From Coniocarpon cinnabarinum (lineage: Eukaryota), in contig JAVECO010000078.1 in assembly GCA_051942205.1 (NCBI GenBank), forward strand, positions 62,001 to 102,542: 40,542 nucleotides of DNA, given 5' to 3'. Each line of letters begins with the position of its first letter. The first letter of the stretch is position 1. The translations under genes and the position numbers were made by a program. The notes beneath the pieces are model-generated. The model saw only the letters and a list, made by a program, of their open reading frames with translations. It was not told the DNA's origin and did not search any database. Of the stretch, positions 35,020 through 40,542 are shown one piece after another.

Positions 35020-38000
35020 TTAAACGGTAGAATTATCTAAGTACTTCTTAACTCTAGCGTATTTAAGAATTTTATATTAATATAATATATTAAATACTAT
35101 AGATTATAAATATAAAAGAAATACTACTTATATTACTTAGATATAGTAGATAGTAACCCTATTAACTATAATAATAAATTAGTTAACGCTAAAACTTCCT
35201 TAATAAATATAAAAATATAGAATTATAAGGAAGATATTATATTTAATATTATAAATGTTAGACAAAACCTAGCAGTGCTAGGAAGACCCTAGATTAAATA
35301 ATATAACCTAGATATAAATTAGGCTATTAAAAAGGTCTATTTTATAAGGTACAACTACTTATAAGATTATATATTATTCTATAGAATAGATACCCTATAG
35401 GCTTAAATAGAGAGTAAGGATAAGAAGCGTAATAAAGAAGTTATAATAGTATATACTACTAAACTTTAACAATATAATAACTTAGAAGAAGATATTAGTC
35501 TAACTTCTAGAGTTATACTATACGTAGCTTATAAATAAAGTTAGGGCTAATAATCTTATACAAGTACTCTAAAGGTAAAGAAGATACTAAAGAAATATAG
35601 CTAATTCTACTATTTATTTAAGAAGAAGGAGCTAGCCTCTACTCTCCTAAAATATTAACTATAAGATTATTTAATACCTTTATTACTAGACTAGTAACTA
35701 ATATTTAGACTAATCTATTCCTTATTAGAAAAGAAAAAGAAGATATAAAAAGAATAAATTAATATATTACTATCTAAGAGACATATTATTAAATCCTTAT
35801 CCCTAGCAGCCTTACTAATACTCTTTATACTAAAGAAAAATAGTAAACTATAAATATATATTAATTACTAATCGCTTAATAATAAAACTATTAAGAATTA
35901 ATTACTACTACCTCTTACTAACAAAATATAGGATAATCTCTAAGGAGCTAAGGTATTTATATTACTTAATATTATTTCTATATATAATAAAATCTAAATA
36001 AATAAAAAGTACTAATAGCTTACTACTATAAGGACTAATATAGGACTCTATAAGTAGTAAGTTATGCCTTTTAGTTTAATAAATACTCTAGCAATATTTT
36101 AAAAGTTTATTAATAATATGCTAAGATAATACTTAGGTGTATTCTACTATATATATATAGATAATATACTAATATACTTAAAAATACTTTAAGAATATAA
36201 AACGCACGTTTAAAAGATATTAGAATATTTAACTAAAGCCAATCTTTGGCTTAACTCTAATAAGTACGAATTTTATAAGAACTTAGTTAAATTTTTAGGA
36301 TTTATTATTATAGCTAATAGATTTAAAATAGAAGAATTAAAAGTCTAAGTAGTTATTAACTAGCTAGAACTAAAATTAGTTAAGAAAGTCTAATAATTTT
36401 TAGGCTTTGCTAATTTTTACTAATATTAGATTAAAGATTATTTAAGAATCGTTTTACTATTAATAGAGTTAACTAAATTAGATAAACCTTAGAAATAGAC
36501 AGAAATAGAGAGAAACGCTTTTAATAATATTAAGAAAAGCTTTAAAATAGGTATAGTACTTGTAGTATTTAATCCTAACCTACTAATTACTCTAGAGACT
36601 AATTTAAGTAACTTTACTATTAGAGTAGGCATTAGTTAACTATATTAGGGAAAGCTACGTTTAGTAGTATTCTATTTATAGAAGCTCTTGCTAATAGAAG
36701 TTAGGTATAATATATATAATAAGGAGCTTTAGGCTATTATTATATTATATAAATAATAGAGATATTACTTTAAAGATGCAAAACATATAATATAAGTTTA
36801 CACTAATTATTTAAATCTTACCTATTTTATAATAATAAAAAGGCTTAACTAATAATAAGGCTAATAGGTAGAAATACTTTTACCTTATAATTTAAAAATT
36901 AATTATAGAAAAGAATCTAAAAATATAAGAGCAGACGCTCTTAGCAGAAGACTAGATTATATAAGAAATAAATAAGAACTAAATTACGCTATATTTAAAA
37001 AATAAGGGAATATAATATTTTATAAGTAATACAAGCTTATAGAACTAAAAGTAAGTACTATTAAACTAGACTATATGCTTTAGGCAATTAAACAAGAAAC
37101 GCCTAAGAATTTAGAAATTTAATAAGTTAAAACTATAACCTAGAATTAGAATATAATGTTAATTAAGATAGATTATAGATATTATAAATTCTAGGGTAGA
37201 ATTTATGTTCCTAGGAAACTAATAACCTAGGTTATCTCTAATTTCTACGATTTACTAACCTATAGTTACCTAGGTGTCGAGCGTACGCTTGAACAAATTA
37301 TAAGAATATATTATTTCCTAAGAATAAGACAATAAGTTAACGACTATATTTAAAAATACGATATCTATATATAAACGAAATATTTACGATATTTACTATA
37401 TAGAAAGCTACAATATATAGAAATACCTCCTAGACCTTAGTACACTATAATATTAGACTTTATTACTAAGTTACTAAAATTAGATTTTATAGGTTAAGGT
37501 AAATATAACATAATCTATATTATTATAGACAAACTTATAAAGTTCGCATATTTCCTACCTATACGTAAAAAGTCTATAGTAGAAGAAATAGTTAAACAAA
37601 TTATTGCTTATATTTAGACTATCTATAGAACACTAGAAAAAATTATCTCTAACAGAGACCAAAAATTTATTTCTAAATTTTAGTAAGGTATAATAAGCGC
37701 GTTAGGCATTATATATCGCATATTAATAGTATACTACCTATAAATAGATAGACAAATTAAATAAACTAACTAAATACTAGAATAATATTTATATATGTTC
37801 GTAAACTACAAATAAAATAACTAGGCTAATCTACTACTAATTATAATATCTATATACAACATATTAAAAAATAAAACAACTTAATTCTTACCTTTTAAAT
37901 TACTATATAGATTCCTACTACTATTTAGAAGAATAATTTCTTGTACTACAAATAATTAAGAGGCAATATATTTTATAGATAAGACTAAATAAATCTAATA

Positions 38001-38500
38001 ACAGCTTTAGGACAATATTATATTCCTATAATTAAGGACTTCTAAATTTATAAAGTATACTCTAATACTATCTAATCTTAAGGAAGTGGGTAGAGTATAC
38101 CTACTTATAAAAAATATTAAGACTTAGAGACTAAGCAAGAAATTAGATTATACAAAAACTAGACTATTTAAAATTCTTAAATAAATTAGAGTAGTTAACT
38201 TTAAGCTTAAGCTACTACTATAAATAAAGATATACCTAGTATTTTATATTATACTCCTTAAACTAGCCTATACTAATAAACCTAAGTAACCTAACCTAGC
38301 TATTAATAAGAATAATTAAGAACCTAAATATAAGGTTAAAAAAATACTTTTATACTAAATATAATAAAATAAAATTTAATATCTAGTTAAATAGAAGGGA
38401 TTTAAAGACTACAAAAATACCTAGAAACTAATTAAGAACCTTATAAATTACTAGGATATACTAAATATATATTAAGAAAGGCATCCTACTTTACGTTAGG
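35020..38500 (+). pseudogene. pol: RIPped pol: protease, RT, RNase H, integrase, chromodomain
   Basis: De-RIP motifs: LLDSGA (35044), VLGRPW, PILFVPKKNGKLRMCIDYRSLN (~35815), VMPFGLTNAPATFQ (36061), YxDDILI (36154), LETDSSDFAIG (36592), HGHPG...CDIC (37261-37370), IISDRD (37642), YHPQTDGQ, GPF, HPVFH, YEVEKIL...YLVKWKGF...NTWEP (38326-38430). Confidence 0.95.
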
Positions 38501-38912
38501 ACTAGAAGAGGGAAGATCTTTATCTAATAGAATAACAAATAAACTACTATTACTAGCTATAATCCTACTTAATATAGCTTTCTTAATCTTATTATTTAAA
38601 TAATCTTACTTTAGTATATTTACTGTATTATTTTCTAGTACCTAGTAATTATTCTACCTCTTTTACTATTCTACCTCTAGAATATAAGCTTCCTCTATAT
38701 ATATAACTAGACTTTTTAACTTCTTAGACTATTATTGTTTAGCCTCCTTCTTAGCAACTTAATAGCACTAAATTCTTTGTTTAATAGAATAATCTATCTA
38801 GTATAAGTTAATAAGAAGATAACTATATTATAGATAGGTTAACAAATAATCTTCTAGGCTAAACTATAATTAATATTTCTAGCTATTACGCGTATAGTAA
38901 TTATACGCGTTA

Positions 38913-40542
38913 TGTAAGAATTCAGACCTGGATGTAGGGTATCACGTGATGCGATAGGGTATACAACCCTAAGGGCTTAGCACACAATTATTTAAGATAG
39001 ACTTGTTGCAGAGAAGCTTCCTTCTTCTCTATATAACGTCCTTTATAGTTAGGCTGTCCTTAGGTAGTAATAAGAGCTTCTAGGTCGCAATTCTTATATT
39101 ATATTATATCTACCCTTCTACCGCTCTAAGTAAGCGCAAACTACTTAGCCTCTAGTCTAGTCCCTAGTCTAGTCTAGTCCCTAGTCCCTAGAGTATCTAA
39201 TAAGATAGCTCCTTATTAAGAAATACCTCCTAGCGGCTAGTAGATCGCTACTTAGTTAAATAACCCTTAGAACTTCTAGTATACAGTTATAATAGACTTA
39301 AGTTGAGTTTTTTAAATACTCTAGCAATCCTAGCAACCCCTAGTCTAAGTCCTAACCTAGTAGCTAGTATTAGGTATCTAAGACCTAGTCTAGGCCCTAT
39401 AGACACTCTAGAGGCCCTAATTGACAACCTCTAAGATTCTAGACCTAGAGCTATATAATAGAGAGCCCTAAAAGCTTAAACTTTTTATCTTAAAGCTCTT
39501 AAACAAGATTTAAGGTAATATTAAGCTTTTTCTAATAGAGACATCTAAGATTTGATATACCTATTTAAGGCTTTTAGACTAAGCAGCATAATAAGTCTAG
39601 ACCTAGTTCTATAGCCTAAATAACCCCTAATAGTAATCTATAGTCTAGACGTTTAAGCAATTTATTATATACCTATAGACCTACTTCTAAGACCCTAATA
39701 CCTATAAGCAAGTAAACTATAAGCTCTTAAGCCTAAAGCAAAAGAACTAGCCTTTTTATAAGTTCCTAGTAGAGTTTAAAGATACTTTATAGGACTCTTC
39801 CTATACTAATTAGCTATAGTATATAATACTATTTCTTTAGGATAACGTCTTAAATAAGCTATAAGACTTATTTATTGTATAAGCCCTACTAATAGACTAC
39901 TAAGAATTCTGCTATATCTATAAGGAGCGAGACGTACGAATTTAAGCTTGTTAAGCTATAACTTTGGTATAGGCATCCTAGAGGCTAATTAGCCCTATCT
40001 AGGCTCTAAACTGTGCCTAATCTGTTCCTAGCATAGCTCTGGTTTGTACCGCTCCCGCCCCTCTACCAAAACTATAATTTCTAGCTACCTAGCCTAGTAG
40101 TAAGAAGATAGTCTTCTAAGGAGGTAATTGTATAGATCTTAACTAGTAGTTATAGTAAAAGGGTCTAGACGGACGTATTACCTAAGCCGCCTAAGATGCA
40201 CGCCTAGTACTAGGCTATTACCTTTATTATAATTAACTAGGTTATATTATAATTTATTGTCCTCTTAGTACGAACGTTTAAGCGTCCGCAGTATCTCCCC
40301 CTTCTAGGTCCTAGTCTGCTACTAACTAAACTCTAGATACTAGTCTAGTCCCTTCTCTCTAGTACGAAGAATAGTTAAAAGAGTAGCCCTTACTAAAAGT
40401 TGTAGGTAAGGGCCTATATATAAGAAATTTACCTAACTAGTTAAATCTATTAACCCTTAACTCTAAATTAACCTCTAAGTAAATAGGCATATATTTATCT
40501 TAGCTATAGTTACTAGTAGACTAATTAATACTTTACTTAATA
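38913..40542 (+). mobile_element. Second LTR retrotransposon (186-bp LTR 38913-39098 plus RIPped Pro/Ser-rich gag-like ORF), nested in the first and truncated by the window end
   Basis: TGTAAGAATT...AATTCTTATA 10-bp inverted termini. There is no TSD after the LTR, so it is not solo. A protein-like frame starts ~39107 (MSTLPPLQVSANHSASGPVPGP after de-RIP), with a C-x2-C-x2-H-x4-C-like motif at ~40014-40050. Confidence 0.75.

Larger units (their letters stand above)
32244..38912 (+). mobile_element. RIP-inactivated chromoviral Ty3/Gypsy LTR retrotransposon (5' LTR, gag, pol); 3' LTR not in window
   Basis: Domain order gag-PR-RT-RH-IN-chromo recognised after reversing RIP (see the gag and pol entries). 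Interrupted at 38913 by another LTR element. Confidence 0.95.
14850..40542. other. AT-rich RIP-mutated repeat block (heterochromatin-like isochore)
   Basis: Abrupt change to very low GC. CpA/TpG are nearly absent and TpA is abundant. Recognisable retroelement motifs carry TGG/CAA/CAG->TAG/TAA stops. The ORF track has no ORF after 14767. Confidence 0.97.

Overview
Filamentous-ascomycete (Pezizomycotina-type) fungal DNA with two compartments. Bases 1 to ~14.8 kb are GC-balanced and carry five intron-containing genes: a BTB/POZ protein (runs off the left edge), a WW-domain G/P/Q-rich protein, the TPR co-repressor Cyc8/Ssn6, a RING-CH (RINGv) membrane E3 ligase, and a secreted AA16 LPMO-family copper protein built from 7 exons. 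From ~14.85 kb to the end the DNA is an extremely AT-rich block with the CpA/TpG->TpA signature of RIP. That block resolves into three solo or isolated LTRs, a nest of TA-flanked ~1 kb non-autonomous DNA elements, a 610-bp Mutator-like foldback MITE with a 10-bp TSD, ~10 kb of RIP-destroyed minus-strand coding sequence built from repeated unidentified domains, a chromoviral Ty3/Gypsy element with an extra Cys/His motif and a likely antisense ORF, and a second LTR element inserted in its 3' region. All exon structures, alignments and de-RIP readings were done by eye; no database searches were run.
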